A DNA stretch of 64,000 nt. Source: Amoebophrya sp. A120. Lineage: Eukaryota; Protista; Dinoflagellata. The stretch spans positions 750,475-814,474 of the forward strand of contig CAJINV010000019.1 in assembly GCA_905178155.1 (NCBI GenBank), given 5' to 3'. Both the position numbers and the translations under genes were made by a program. Below, piece by piece: positions 39,801-52,514 of this stretch. The notes below the pieces were generated by a model, which made no database searches, was not told the origin of the DNA, and saw only the letters and a list, made by a program, of their open reading frames with translations. Position 1 is the stretch's first letter, and each line of letters starts with the position of its first letter.

Positions 39801-42800
39801 TAAGCGCGCCCAGCAGTCAGGAGGTGCGTTAGTGTGTTTCGCTCGCACGCAGGCATGTCAGGGACAGAGAGAGCACGCGCCCAGAAAAGTACTAGACGGG
39901 ACGCCCTCGACTTTCACCCAAGGGGCTCCTGCGAGTCAGCACAGCCACCTGTTATGGCTCAGCTTTCTCCACCTACCGAAAGGTGGGGGAGTGGAGGAAC
40001 ACGAACAACTGTGCTCGGCTCTGCGCTACTAGGCGCTGCGGTTGGATGGATTCGGCGATGCCCGGCACCTCAATGCATTACAACATGAACACAATAGAGA
40101 TACTCCTTTCAGACGAAGGCGAAAATAAAAGCGGCGCTCGGGGTCCTTTGTAAGCAACTTGCGAGAGCCTTTTCGACGGGCAACGGCGACGGCTAATCCA
40201 TCGCAATCGAAGGAAGCGGCTTCCTTTGATTCCGATGATTAGGGAAACCAATCGAAAACGGGGCAAATAAAACACCGACGACCGTATCTTGGTCTGTACC
40301 TACAACACGCGTGGTCGAAAGCGATGGACGAACGACGCGAGATCTCGAGTGAGGTCCTAAGACCATATCGAGCACGGGGGATGCGCATCGACACTTCAGA
40401 TTCGTGGCGCTCCATCTTTCTGTTGGACAAGCGCAAGCAGAAGGGGATTGGGCCGCCATGCAGGCACAATGGCGCCGGGATCTGCGCATAACGATAAAAA
40501 ACGCAGCGCAGTGGTTAAAAACTGTCTGTTGAAGAAGATGGGCCCACAGGACGAGGCTTGCTTGAGATGAGCAGGCAGTTAAACTTGGCAGCCGGAAAAG
40601 CAGGTCGCCGTGTTTCATCTTTCAACTTCTGGTCGAAACATGTCCAAATAGACCCAACTGATGAAGAATGAGTCATAACATCACAATCATGAGAAATGGC
40701 TGTGCCTCCACGCCTCCGCCTGTTCCTCCACCTTCAGACTCTGTTCAGCGGAACATGCGAAAAGATCTTCGCGTGGAGGGGAGAGGCACAAACTATCATT
40801 TGCTACACCGATAGCTACTTTAGCGGTACGTTTACGCATGAAAATTATAAATCTTTATATATATAACGCAAGCATTTCTCACCCATTCTGTTTCTGAAGC
40901 CGGGTGGGTGCTTTTCATCCTGATAGACACTTTTTTCGCCACCGCTCGCGCTTCTTCGCTCGTGAAAATCAATTCCGTGCGAGGATATACGCCAACCTTG
41001 GCGTACGAATGCCAGCGATAAGCCAGTGGTTGTAGAAGCCACTTTCGCAGAAGACCGGATGGATTTTCGCCGAATAGCCTTGATTTCCGCTTCTCGTTTG
41101 TAAGATAGAAGGTGCTCTGGCTGCTGCTTCTCGTTTCTACTATTTGCTCTCTGGGCAACTCCCCGGACCGGGCCAACGACAAAGCAAGTCTCTCGACTCC
41201 CGGCGTCATGTCGTTCTTCGGCTTTTTCCAAACTTCTCGGCTTTCGTACAGACTCAAACTACGCCTCAGCCGCCCAACGAGCAGTGTCGTACGATCAGGA
41301 TCATCTCCGCCAAGTAAGCGTAGCTGCTCATCATCCAGAGCTCGTACTTCATCATCAAGCAACGTACGCATTGCTGATTTTGATTTGCACATTAATTCCA
41401 CAATGAAGGACGATGAGAAGGTAGCGCGATGGTCCAAATACTCCTGCTCTAGTTGTTCGAGCGAACTCACGTCGGCCGACACGGGTGGCATCTTCGGTAT
41501 TGAAAACGCAAATATAGCCGGCGGGGGGGAGGTAGTGAGGCCATTGGCGTTTTCTTGCCTGGGGCCGACGAAGCGGCGCAAAACATCATGACCTCAGGAT
41601 AGTGGCTAACCCCCGGTCCTGTCGCATGCGACTTGCGGTTTCTGCGCTGTATCTCTTTTGCCTTCGACATCGGCGCGAAAGTCACCACCCGGAAACGGCC
41701 ACGCGGCCTGCGGAAGCGGCAACCGGACTCGTGGTTCCTTTGCTGCGCCCCCGTTCCCCCGGGCTGCCCACGCCCCCGTGAATAAAAGTAAACCGCATAA
41801 ATATTGGGGCTGCTGCTAAGTGAGATAGTTAGAATCAGCGCAAATCTCAATTTATCATGGAAAACCTCTAAAATTCGCCCCGGAGGCCAATCCTGATGGC
41901 GTGGGCGACCCGGTTCGGGTCGCTCGGTGCTCCGGTGTGCGCCCAAAAACAAAGTGGCGATAAGCAGGCGCAAGTGTGCTATGCGGACTGGCAGCGAAGA
42001 TCCGGCGCACTTTGCTTTTTTTGCGACAAGAAGGACAAATATACGCCCGCCACCTGCACGAAATCCGGCGGAGCGGCGGCAGCTTGCGCAACCACCTCAG
42101 ATACCCGCTCAAAACCGGATCAATACCATGATGCTGGTTGGCTGAGTTTGTTTTGTGTGTGGTTTCTTTGGGTGCGTGCCGGGGCACCTACTCAGGCGGC
42201 CAGAATCTAAGGCGGCGAGCGCCTCAACAGAGCGCCACTTTCGCCGGCTCGCCTTTGTCATTTTTGTGATTCTAATTGGTTTTCGATACCGGTAGCGCTC
42301 CGCCGAAAATTGTTGACAGCAGAGGCAAGCAGGCTAAGGCGCTTGAGTTTTTTATTTTTTCAATTGCGCACCGCTGTCGGTTCGTAAAAAACTGCGAGAC
42401 AAAACTGCAGGCCATGTCAAGAAAGCGCAGGTTAAAACCGTATGTGGCCTCACTACATATCAGCAATTCGAGCCGGCAAAAATGATCCCCTTCCGATGGA
42501 AGGTCCTACGTTATCCAGTGAACTGTCGAACAAAACCACCTCCAAAACTGTGAGGAATCTGTTCACGACAAGCTCGCCGAAATTGTCGATGCGCATACGC
42601 CGCTCCTCCACTTTCTCTTTTGGCTCAATAGCAGCGGGATCACCAGACAGGTTCTCGGTCTTGCTCTTCGTCAAGCCAATTAGCTCTCCCCTCAGAAGTG
42701 TCCTTGTAACGGCGCCCACTATTTTGTCTACGTATTTCTCAAAATCGGGGTTTCCAACATATGTAGGATACGAAAACCCGTCACCCCCAGTGGAGTAGCG

Positions 42801-45800
42801 GTCTTCGTCGACTACTCTATAAGCATCGACGAGGTCAAGGCCATGCCTTTCGGCGACCTTCAGAAATTCCATCAACTGGTTGGTTAGGGCTAGCGCCAGG
42901 TCTTCATCTTCTCCAAATCTTTCGGGCACGGTCGGATCGTCGGAACTTTTCTTTTCCTTCACTTCCTCAGAAACAATGAGAGGCGCTACCCGGTTGGCTG
43001 GCGGTGCCGATGGTAGTTCCTCCTCTTTTGACAATTGCATGCCAGGCGCGCCTGCTTCTGGTTGTAGTTGCACGTCGCCACCGCCCGCGCCTCCTACCAG
43101 AGCAGCGCCGTCTCTGTGTAGATCATCATCTGCTGTGCCCATCCCACCGCCACCCCCACCTGGTCCTCTTTGCATGCCAGGGTGGTGCATGCCGTCGACC
43201 ATCGCAACATCACGGAGGATCGCACCGCCGTCACGCCCTACATCTTCGTGGCCACCTGGCGGTGGTCCGGGTCCACCGTGGGGGCTGTCGAGCATTCTTG
43301 CATTCCACAGGGCGTCGGCATACTTTTTTTCTTTCGACCGGGCGTCGGTGGCGGCGTCTGTCTCGATGTCGGCGGCCCGTTTCATCGGGCCGCCTTTTGG
43401 CTGTGGAGGCTGATGAGCGCGTGCAGGGTCGGCTCGTTGGGGTTCAATTCTTGCGGAGAAGTCAATCTCCCATAAAGCCTGGCAAACTGGTGGTGTAGGA
43501 TACTTGAGCCCTTCTTCGCCTTGCAGGTTGGTAATTTTGAACAAGTCGAGGGGCTGGTTGTCACCACCATTATTCACTTTCCATTTCCGATGAGGAAAAT
43601 CTCTCCCGTCCGCTGATTTGAGCACGAACCCAAAGTCGTTCCCCCGAAACCAGTCGCCTCCGTGCGCGTCTATGGTGTTCGGGTCAGTGACGATCATAAC
43701 GGTGCGGTCGCTGAGCTCATTCATTTCAAATTCGTTTTTCGACACGTCCCGCAAGAAGTTGAAGAACAGGGCGGGGCCCCCGAAATTGTCGCCGAAACTT
43801 GCTGCAAATTCTGGCTCTGACCAAAGTAGAGGAGTAGATTTTCCTGGTGGGGGTAGAAAGTGAGCGTATTCGCCCCTTCCTTTTTCCGGATCAAAGTTTG
43901 CCAAGAAGCTCACACTTCCCATGAAGTTCGCGTTCCACTTTCCAAGAGCCGTGCCTTGGTTTTCGATACTTCGAGACCCAAGCGGTGCTATCGCCCGGGC
44001 TTCGGAAACAAGACGAATGGCCGGAAACTTGTTCTTCAGATCTATTTTCCCATCTTTCGTAAACAGTTCAGGCGCTGCGCCTTGCAAGAAAGAGTCCAGG
44101 GTCTGCATGTCGCGCAACATGGGAGAGCAGAGAAAGACCATTCTCTCCGTGGTAAAGCTGAGCCTTTTAGTATTAATATCTTCTGCTCCTTGTTCCTGCA
44201 ATACTTGTTCGTCCGGCTTTTTTAGGTGTCCCTGCAATACTTGTGCGAACTTCTCGCCTGCCAAACGCGCCTGCTCTTTGCCTTGCTGTGTGAGCGGCGG
44301 ATCTGGAATTTCGACATCGCCGGGCCCCGTTCTCTCAAGAGCGTAGCTGCTTCCCATCACCAAAATTCCCTGCGGCGGACCCACGGTGGCTCGATCTTGT
44401 CGCGGTGCAGACGCAGGAGCTCGTGGTGATGCCAGTAGCATGGCAGCCCCAGTGCGCGGTTGCAGTGCCGGATTTGGCGTCGCCAGTGCTGGCGGCACGA
44501 CACCCGGGCTTTCTTCCGGGTTCGGCTTCTTCACGACGTCCCGAACAGGGGTATGCACACCCGCGCCCGGTGGTGGAAGGCAGTCCTTGCACGACTCTTG
44601 GAAGGAGCTTTGATGCGACGGAGCAGCAGCAGCTACCGGCAACTCTTCTGCATCTGCTTCGGCCCGTGGCAAAAATTCATCATCCGTGATCGCAGGCGAC
44701 GCGGATCCTCCAGAACGCGGGTTTTTCGAGAAACTGCGCCTGTTGGTCTTCTCCTTGGTTCCTGAGCCACTCTCATCGTCGTTCAGAAGGAGCGGTGCTT
44801 GTGCCAACGCGCCGCCATCTTCATTTCCTTCTCGTGGTTCATCTTGTCGTTCCTGCACGCCAGGAGGTCCGCCCACATGGCGGCCCACCTGGTTCCTCGC
44901 TGTTGCAGCCGCACCATGGGCAGGTCCTAGTCCTGTGGTCCCGGTCGTCGGTCCAGCTGCACCTCCCGAGCTGCCGTAATTGCGCTTTTCCAACGCGGAG
45001 GAGGAAGCAGTTTTCGGCCCTGTGGTCCCGTCGGGCGATGGTTCTTGTGGCACATCGCGGATGCCAGCACTTTCGTCTTGTGCAGGAGAATTTTGCCCCT
45101 TGTTCATCTCGAGGACAGGGGCCAGGAAATGTTCGGTTTCTTTGTCCGTGGCATGATGCGCATGCTGCGTCATCTCTCGCGCCCCGGGGGCGGGGGTGTG
45201 AAAAGAGCGAGAAATACCGGACGATGAGTCGTCATCTCCTTGCGCATCATGAAGATGCTGGTGCAGCAGCTTCAAGGTGCTGTCGTCCTCGCCTCCAGGA
45301 GTAGTAGCACTGGATGAACCAGCACGAGAACTGTCAGTCGTCTCTTGCGCGAGGACACTCGACCCGGCAGGGTCGGGCGGGTCCTTGTTCTTACCACCAG
45401 TGTCGCGCCGTTCTTTGACGCCGGGTTCGAGCACCACCACGGGCTGCGCGGTGTATGAAATGCAAAAGTGTTTGGGTCTGGAAGAATTGGAACTTGTGAT
45501 GCAAACTCTGGAGCACACAAAAATTTGTGTTGCGTGAGCGGCAAACGCTGCCCCTTTCTTGGTACGCAAGTAGGAAGTTTCTCATGCGGGACAGGCATCA
45601 AGAGGCGTGCTCAAAACCTGTGATGCTTCTGCCTGCATCAGACACCATTTGCGTGATCCAAATATGCATCACAAACAAGTGCTTTCTTCCAGACCCAGAC
45701 ATTTTTGCAATCCATACGGTGCCGGGCTTCGCAATCTTTCCGTCGCAAGGACACGCCAACAGGGAAAAACACGAAGTAGATCCAAAGAGCAGGAGTTGAC

Positions 45801-46153
45801 TATGGCGTTCTCAACTGTTACATTCTCAGCTGTTACATGAATTTGCCATGCAAAATTGCAATAGGCCTCCACTTAATCAAGGTGCTTAGCATGACAAATT
45901 GTCGAAAGGCTAAACAGCATGATAATCTGTGGCCAATCTGTGATGCGAAAGCTGCAATGTTGCAACTTTCACTTTTGCTGTTCTTGCATTACAAGTCCAT
46001 GCAACAGTTGAGAGTGTAACGTTTGAGAACGCCATATTGCCGTGTCCGACGCAACGACAAGCTGCACACGGGCCGCGGATCGTGCTGGTTTCTCTGTTGT
46101 GTCGCCTCAACACACGACAAAGACTTTTTCCGCCCTGCTGGTGCCGCCCACAT
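33872..46153 (-). CDS. Very large lineage-specific protein (or 2-3 tandem paralogs): hydrophobic N-terminus, degenerate histidine-phosphatase-like domain, three copies of an uncharacterised helical domain
   Basis: ORFs 42453-45569, 40832-41581, 37916-39316, 37192-37821, 36042-36493 and 33872-34831 share ordered motifs (see findings). Introners at 45801, 45454, 37810 and 36254 restore frames. Other joins unverified. Confidence 0.6.
34794..35122. mobile_element. Decayed family A introner
   Basis: Ends tatcctgtgcaaatacgtctggg / cccagacatacaacttgcagtagata. Direct repeat no longer recognisable. Confidence 0.55.
35170..35466. mobile_element. Decayed family A-like introner
   Basis: Ends tatgcattgcaaatat / atatttgcaattgata. 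Interior diverged, no clear DR. Confidence 0.45.
36254..36430. mobile_element. Decayed family B introner
   Basis: Ends tattctgtgcaaaagtat / atactttggcattgcata. Flanks cagga/cgtaa. Element+5 removal joins ORF 36221-36493 to 36042-36302 and matches the paralogous domain. Confidence 0.7.
37810..38000. mobile_element. Introner, family B
   Basis: Ends tatcctctgcaaaagtatcgt / acgatacttttgcaatgcata. Flanks ccctg/tcccg. 196-nt removal joins ORF 37916-39316 to 37192-37821 in frame. Confidence 0.85.
45454..45716. mobile_element. Introner, family A
   Basis: TIR tatgaaatgcaaaagtgtttgggtctggaagaa / ttcttccagacccagacatttttgcaatccata. DR cggtg. Confidence 0.92.
45801..46036. mobile_element. Introner, family C
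   Basis: TIR tatggcgttctcaactgttacattctcagctgtt / aacagttgagagtgtaacgtttgagaacgccata. Flanks ttgac/ttgcc. Confidence 0.9.
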
Positions 46154-47251
46154 CGTTAGTCGTATGGTGGGCAGCTGCTCTTTTAGTGGAATCAATGAGA
46201 TGATAGACGAGGGGTCTACAAATTCAAATCGCCGCTTCTTGCTTCGCTTTTGTGCAAGGCAAAGACGAAACGGTTCCGTGTCCGTTTGATTTTTGATGAA
46301 GATTCTTGTTGGCGGATTCAACTTCAAGGGTTGGTTGTGAGTGAAATAAACACGAAGATGATGATGGGGGTTGCAATTTTTTTACGGGTCGTTCTCCTGA
46401 AGGAGCTGATTTTTTATTTCGAAAGTTGATCTACACCGTGTCTCAATTTGGTGTTGAAGCAGGCGGGGTGCTGAAAGTGGACTGCAGCACCTCCGTGCTT
46501 TGCTGTTACTGTCGCAACTTACACAAACGCTAACATCACAGTGATACTAACGACGAGCGGTACCATGAACGAAGCTCAAAATAAAAAAAACTACAAAACA
46601 AAAAAGATTTCTATTTCTTTGCACGAGTTGTATGTATGTACGCCGAATTTTCCTGCCTTGAACGAACGACGGGAAGAAAAAGCCGATTTTTTTGCTTGTT
46701 GTCCGAGGTGACTCCTGAGTCTCAACGTATGAGGGATGGACGAAAACCGATTTTAGATTCCTACTTGCGCAAATAAGTAGTTGGACTACGACGTACTACG
46801 CCTCGACGAGTGACGAGAATAAAAATGGTACCGAGCAGATGGAGTTGCACATTTCCAATCTCATTGATCACGAACCACAGACGAAAACTCAATGCTTTTT
46901 GTACAGTCAAAGAAGTGCTCCTCTTCTCAGAACAACTGTATAATGAGGTTCAGTGCAAGTAGTACTGCCACTGCCACCTGTTCCATGCACATTTTTTATG
47001 CAAGAAATTGTTCACCTTCTAACACGTTATTCCTTCTTATTTCGCCTTCCTTCCTCTAGCGACAAGCAATCACATCACATACAGCATGCGTAGCGAGCGG
47101 GTTTCTGGACAGGATGTCAAGTTTTTTCAAAATTCGACATGTTCAGCGTCTTCTCCCCAATACCAATTCCAAAATCAAATGGAAAAATTAGTAACGCAAA
47201 AAGACGAGGCACGACCAAAACCCATTTCAAGGAGATGTCGACAGGAGAAAT

Positions 47252-50156
47252 CTAGTACAAGTTTAGCTTCGTGCACATTGCCACCCGCACGGATTGGTCG
47301 AGGGAGGCGAAGACGCACAGCCCTTCCTTGTTCAAATGCCAATCGAAGCTCACGATTATGCATTGCAAAAATGTCTGGGTCTCGAAGACTGTCATGCTAG
47401 ACCTAATCGACACACAGATTTGTATTGCGTGATCAGCAAAATAAGCTTTCACTTTTGGGCAGCCGAAGCCGAAGGCAACATTTCTCATGCGCAATAAGCA
47501 TCGAGGAGCCCCCTGCAGCTCAAAACAAAAACTTGTGATGCTAGCGCCCGCATTCCAAACCGAAGCCTTGAAGACCTTGACCTTCTGAGTAATGCGAACC
47601 CTGCATGACAAACCTTACATCTTGTTCCAGACCGAGACAGATTTGCACTGGATAGCGATCGGTTGTGTGCAAAGCTCCTTTTGATTCAACGTCTCGACGG
47701 TTCCGGCGACACCCTTTTCGAGCCCGTCGTTCACTTCGACCTGATATTTGTTTATTCGTAGAGGCTTGTTGCATGATAAGGACAACAAGCACCAGCACAA
47801 GAACTGCAACACAAATTCTACTTTTACCTTTTGTTTTTCTTTTTAACCATGCCGAAAGTAAAGAGCCTACCCTGCACGACCAGAACCAATCTTTCGTACC
47901 TTCCGTTCCGCTGGGTACACGTACTTGTGGAGTGTGATGCTTCCGTTTCCCCCCACCGTTGCAAACAGCTCTCGGTTTTGCGGCAGGAAGTGACACCCCC
48001 AGACCGTCGACTTGGTCACTTTTTGCGTCCTCCCCGCGAAGCCCTCTTCGGGGTGGTAGGTCCTCAGATCGTACACAATCATGTTGGACTCCAGCGTGGA
48101 CACCGCGAGCTTGTTCATCAGAATGTCTTTTCGATCAAACTGGATGTGGCAAACTCCGTTCTTTACGTTGGTGTCCCATCTGAGGTGTTAGTTGTTTTGG
48201 AGGCGATTTCGGATTTTTAATTTCATACTTTTTCAATTCATTATTTCCAAGACATCGAATGGACGACTTTTTGCTTGGCAGGAAGAAAAGCAGACTTCTG
48301 CCATTGTCACCAGCAAACCGCTGCATGTGATTCCTTCGCACGCAACCATTGCATCAAGGCCAAGGCCTCTTGATGAGGTTAGTATTCAGATAGCGAATAA
48401 GAACATCAGCATTACCTCAACATGTTTGTCCTGAGATCGAACATTTTGATGTCTCCGTTGTCGTAGCCCGCGCATATTACCCGCTCAGAATCGTTGTAGC
48501 TATTGCCGAAGGCGACGGTCCAGCAATCTGCGGGTATCTCGCCGTCCACCGGCTCCAGGGACAGCACCTTGCATTTCGGTATTTCATTTTTGAAAATGTA
48601 CAGTCTTTACCTTTGGCTACTTTGCGTTTGCTTCATTACGCAAGAAAGGCGAAGCACAAGCATGACAGTTTTATGGGACTACATACAGTCTCAGTCACCG
48701 TATCCACAATTAAAATTCGAATCTTTTACCGGATCCTGCTGTCTGGGGTCCCACACCCGCACCGTGCCGTCTCTTTCCTATCCTTGCAGAAGCTTGAGTC
48801 TGGCAAGAGCCACAGATCTTGAAATTTCAAATTTTCGTGCAGTGCAGCTGCAGGTGCAGCTAGCATTTCCATCCATGCAAAATAAAAAAAAGCGGATGTG
48901 GACCAATTATGCAAGTGACTGCACGACCTGCACTTCGTCATGTCTGTGAGAATTTTGGCAGTCTGACTCTACGAAACGACCATTTTCGCTGCGACTCAAG
49001 AGTTTCCGAGAAGTATTGATCCGGTCACGAGCTCTGGTGCGCCGCCACCGATACCCAGGCCCCCGCACCTGAGAGTTAGTTTGATGCCTTGCGACGTCGT
49101 GTTTCTTATTCTTGCAGCTGCCCTACGATATGAATGTGGTCTAGTCATTTTGTTCAGGCGTTTTTTCGTTCCCATATCAAGTTCATCTTCCGCTGCTGTG
49201 CCACCTGACACTGTTCTGTTCAGGTACGAAACACATTCTACTACGCTTACTCTCATCATGAAACAATTTGCTTCTAATAGAAATCCTTGTACCCTTCCAC
49301 GCAATTTATGATTTTATCGTGCCCCCGGACCTCGAAGATCGGTTTTCTTATGTCCTCGAGGTCCCATATTGCCAAATTCCCCTCGTAGTCCCCGGTCGCC
49401 AAATGTCTCTGCTCAATCGCCGAGGCGCCGAACGTACCGCACTTGAAGCCCTTTGGCTTCTCGGTTTCGGAAAGCTTCTTGACCTGGTGTTGCAATAAAG
49501 TACTGAATGTAGCACCATCAGGTCATCATTGTATTCATGGTCCACATTCTTGACGACTCCTCGTCCTCGTCCGGCTTCTCTCTCAATTTGAAACTCTAAT
49601 CTGCGCATCTAGGAATGGTTCGTCACGAAGAGGATGCATATCATCAATCAGATCCACCGTACAATTACAGTTAGACAGGACCAAAAATAGCTGCCTAACT
49701 ACTCCAGGTCCAGCAAACAACGACAGTAAACACCATGCAGTATAAAAATACCTTCCCCCTCTCTAGTTCGTAGACCGCCAAAGCGCCGGTCGCCCTTGGA
49801 TTCTGGCCGAGCACCACAAACCTTGCGGAGTGCGGGACCCACTTCGCCTCGAAGGGGTATGGCGTTCTCAAACGTTACACTCTCAGCTGTTACATGATTT
49901 GTCATGCAAAATGACCATGACCTGCCAGACGATGAAGCTGCTGCGCATGACAAATTATCGGAGGGCTAAACAGCACTATAATCCGCACGAAACCTGTAAT
50001 GCAAGACGCGCAAGGCTCTCCCTCTCACCTGTGCTAGTCTTGCATTACAAATTCATGTAACAGTTGAGAATGTAACACTTGAGAACGCCATAAGGGGGTG
50101 AAGTTCAGGCCTTCGTGCGTGTGCAGGATGATCTGCGGCGAGTTCGTGGTGTCCAT
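47252..50156 (-). CDS. WDR92: WD40 protein WDR92/DNAAF10 (axonemal dynein assembly, R2TP-associated), multi-exon
   Basis: PQIILH...[61 protein letters not shown]...[32 protein letters not shown]...TKLNLY match the WDR92 family. Confidence 0.93.
47357..47654. mobile_element. Introner, family A
   Basis: Ends tatgcattgcaaaaatgtctgggtct / agaccgagacagatttgcactggata. Flanks acgat/gcgat. Removal gives CTQPI(A/V)SFDW. Confidence 0.88.
49858..50092. mobile_element. Introner, family C
   Basis: TIR tatggcgttctcaaacgttacactctcagctgttacatga / tcatgtaacagttgagaatgtaacacttgagaacgccata. DR agggg. Removal gives LNFTPFEAKW. Confidence 0.93.
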
Positions 50157-52007
50157 TTTGCCGGTTGATGTAGCGCTAGCTGCGGTCGCAACTTCTTTGC
50201 CAAATAAATCTTTCAACACCCGGTACCTGCCTCGTTTCCCTTAATGCGTGGTGATTGAGATTGGAGCAAGAACTCGTCTCCGAGCAGAAACAAGACTTCT
50301 CCAGAGTTCTTGCGCAACGATCCGCAATGGAGAATTGGGAACTACTACAGATCGTGGATGTAATTCTTCAGATTGTTGTGCCGACTCGAGCTCGACGACC
50401 GTAGAATGCTGTGCTGGTGTTCGAGGACCGGGCGATTGGCTTAAGTTCACGTCTTGAAGGCTGTTCGTTGTGATGTCGAAGACAAGGCAGAGACACCCGT
50501 GGTGAGGTGCCGGAAAGTACCGCGTGGGTGCTGCAAGGCTGCGGATGCCGCTTCGTGGTGTTTGTGCTTGTTTATCCTAGTACTTCTCCGTGTTCCTCTT
50601 CGTTCTTGTGAGTGCTAGGAGACTCAATTGTTTGTTCCAACAAGTTGTACCTGGAACCGCGTTCCTTCGGTATAATCGAAGAGCACTGTAGATGATTCGC
50701 GTGAAGTGCTACTGCTAGAGCGAGGCCGTTACAAGTCTGCAGGACGCGATACTGCTCTTCGAAGAACAAGAGGATGCAGGTCGAAGTTTTTTGATGTTGC
50801 CCTTATTTCTGCTATCGCTGCAGCTGCTAGGAACAAGAAGGTTGGCGCTACGCTAGATGTATCCCCTCGGTCACCGCTGCAATTGCTGAGCCAAGAATGG
50901 CCACCTTCGCGTAGAAGTTTACCACAAAGGTAAAACGAAGGGCTCTTCTGCTGTTGCTTTAACCGTGTCGTCGAATTGCCTCTGCAGCTGGCACTGTCTT
51001 CTAGTGGTCGTATGCAATGAGTCGTATCGACAAAAAAAATCCTCGGCTTTAGCGCGGTCTGCTGCACAGATCACCCGCCCGGACACGGCTTTATTCTGCA
51101 CACCAGTGGTCAAGCTTCTCAAGCAGCGCTTCTGGGCGAGAAGATGTTCTGAGCTTTCTGCAGCCACCACTCGCTCTCCTGGTCCTCTTTTTTGCTTTTA
51201 CGTCGACGGGGGGTACGAGCGGCGGGCTGTGCCAGATCCTTCTGCGGAATCGGCAAAAAGAGCGGCTGCAGAAGCGGGAACGTAGCGTGCTGTGTGTGAG
51301 CTGCTGCGCTGATCGATGAGCAATGAAATGCTAGCGGAGGAGAACAACTTTTTGAGTTGTGTTTCTATAATTTCGAGCGCAAATCTTTTCACTTTGCAGC
51401 TGTTCGTTGAAGAAGTCGACTGATAATAGCAGTCATGCGTGTAACCCGCTAAAGAGTAGGGTTAAATAATTTGCGTGCAACCTTCTCAGTTTCAAAAATT
51501 GCTTTGTTAATGAAAGGAAACAAATGCTGACATTGAAAACAAAATTTCATCAGAAAAAAAGCAACTGCGTTTGCAGCTTTGCCACTACTTTGAGGCACGT
51601 TTGCAGACCACCTCCACCAGCACAACTCCGCTCAATAAGATCTTGTTTATCCTTTCAGAAACACGAAACTACTTTTACTCACGTCTCACTTCTACAAGTG
51701 TAGACTCCACCAAAAGAAGTCCGGCGCGTCGTCTCGTATTCTACATACTTCATCCTTCGTGGTCTCAGTCTCTCATGCAACATCATCATGAACTTTTTTG
51801 CGAACCATCAAGAAGTAGGCTATCCCTTGTCCGCCTCCGCAACTCAACACGCGAAAAGCAGAGAACTCCACATAAGTCGAAGACCGGGTCTTTAAACTTT
51901 GAAAAAAGACTTTTCTCCTTTGATATCACGTGATATCACAGGACCAAAGGAGAAAAGTCGATTGCGCTGCTGATATCACAACATGTGTGATATTTAGAAA
52001 AAAGCAA

Positions 52008-52190
52008 AAACAGAAGGAATTGATGCTAAAACAGAAGGAATTGACGCTAAAACAGAAGGAATTGATGCTAAAACAGAAGGAATTGATGCTAAAGCAGAAG
52101 GATTTGATGCTAAAGCAGAAGGATTTGATGCCAAAGCAGAAGGATTTGATGCTAAAACGGAAAGATTTGAAGCAAAAACAGAAGGACTTG
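52008..52190 (+). repeat. 21-bp tandem repeat (aaacagaaggaattgatgcta), about 8 copies
   Basis: Direct reading; translates as (KQKELML)n in ORF 51930-52469. Confidence 0.9.
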
Positions 52191-52514
52191 GGCCAGGAGC
52201 TGCTCGCTCTGGTATCAATCCAGCGGACTTTTCTCCTTTGCAAGGAGAAAAGTCCGGACTTTTCTCCTTTGATCCATATCAAAGGAGAAAAGTCGTCTGA
52301 TCCATATCAAAGGAGAAAAGTCCGACATCGCGGACCCTCTGATCCATATCAAAGGAGAAACCGCGATACTTATGACAGGCCCTATCCCACCCAGACCCTA
52401 GCCACCGAGCTCGTCTCCGCTCTGTTTCGCAGTGGAGATCAGAAGGAGCTTGCTTCCAGTACGTGTTGACGCGGAGATCAGCGGCCGGCTCCTAAGGAAG
52501 AGATTTCCTATAAC

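Noticed and set aside
51930-52469. Coiled-coil protein from (KQKELML)n
   Set aside because: The ORF is simply the translation of a 21-bp minisatellite within a repeat island; no supporting context.
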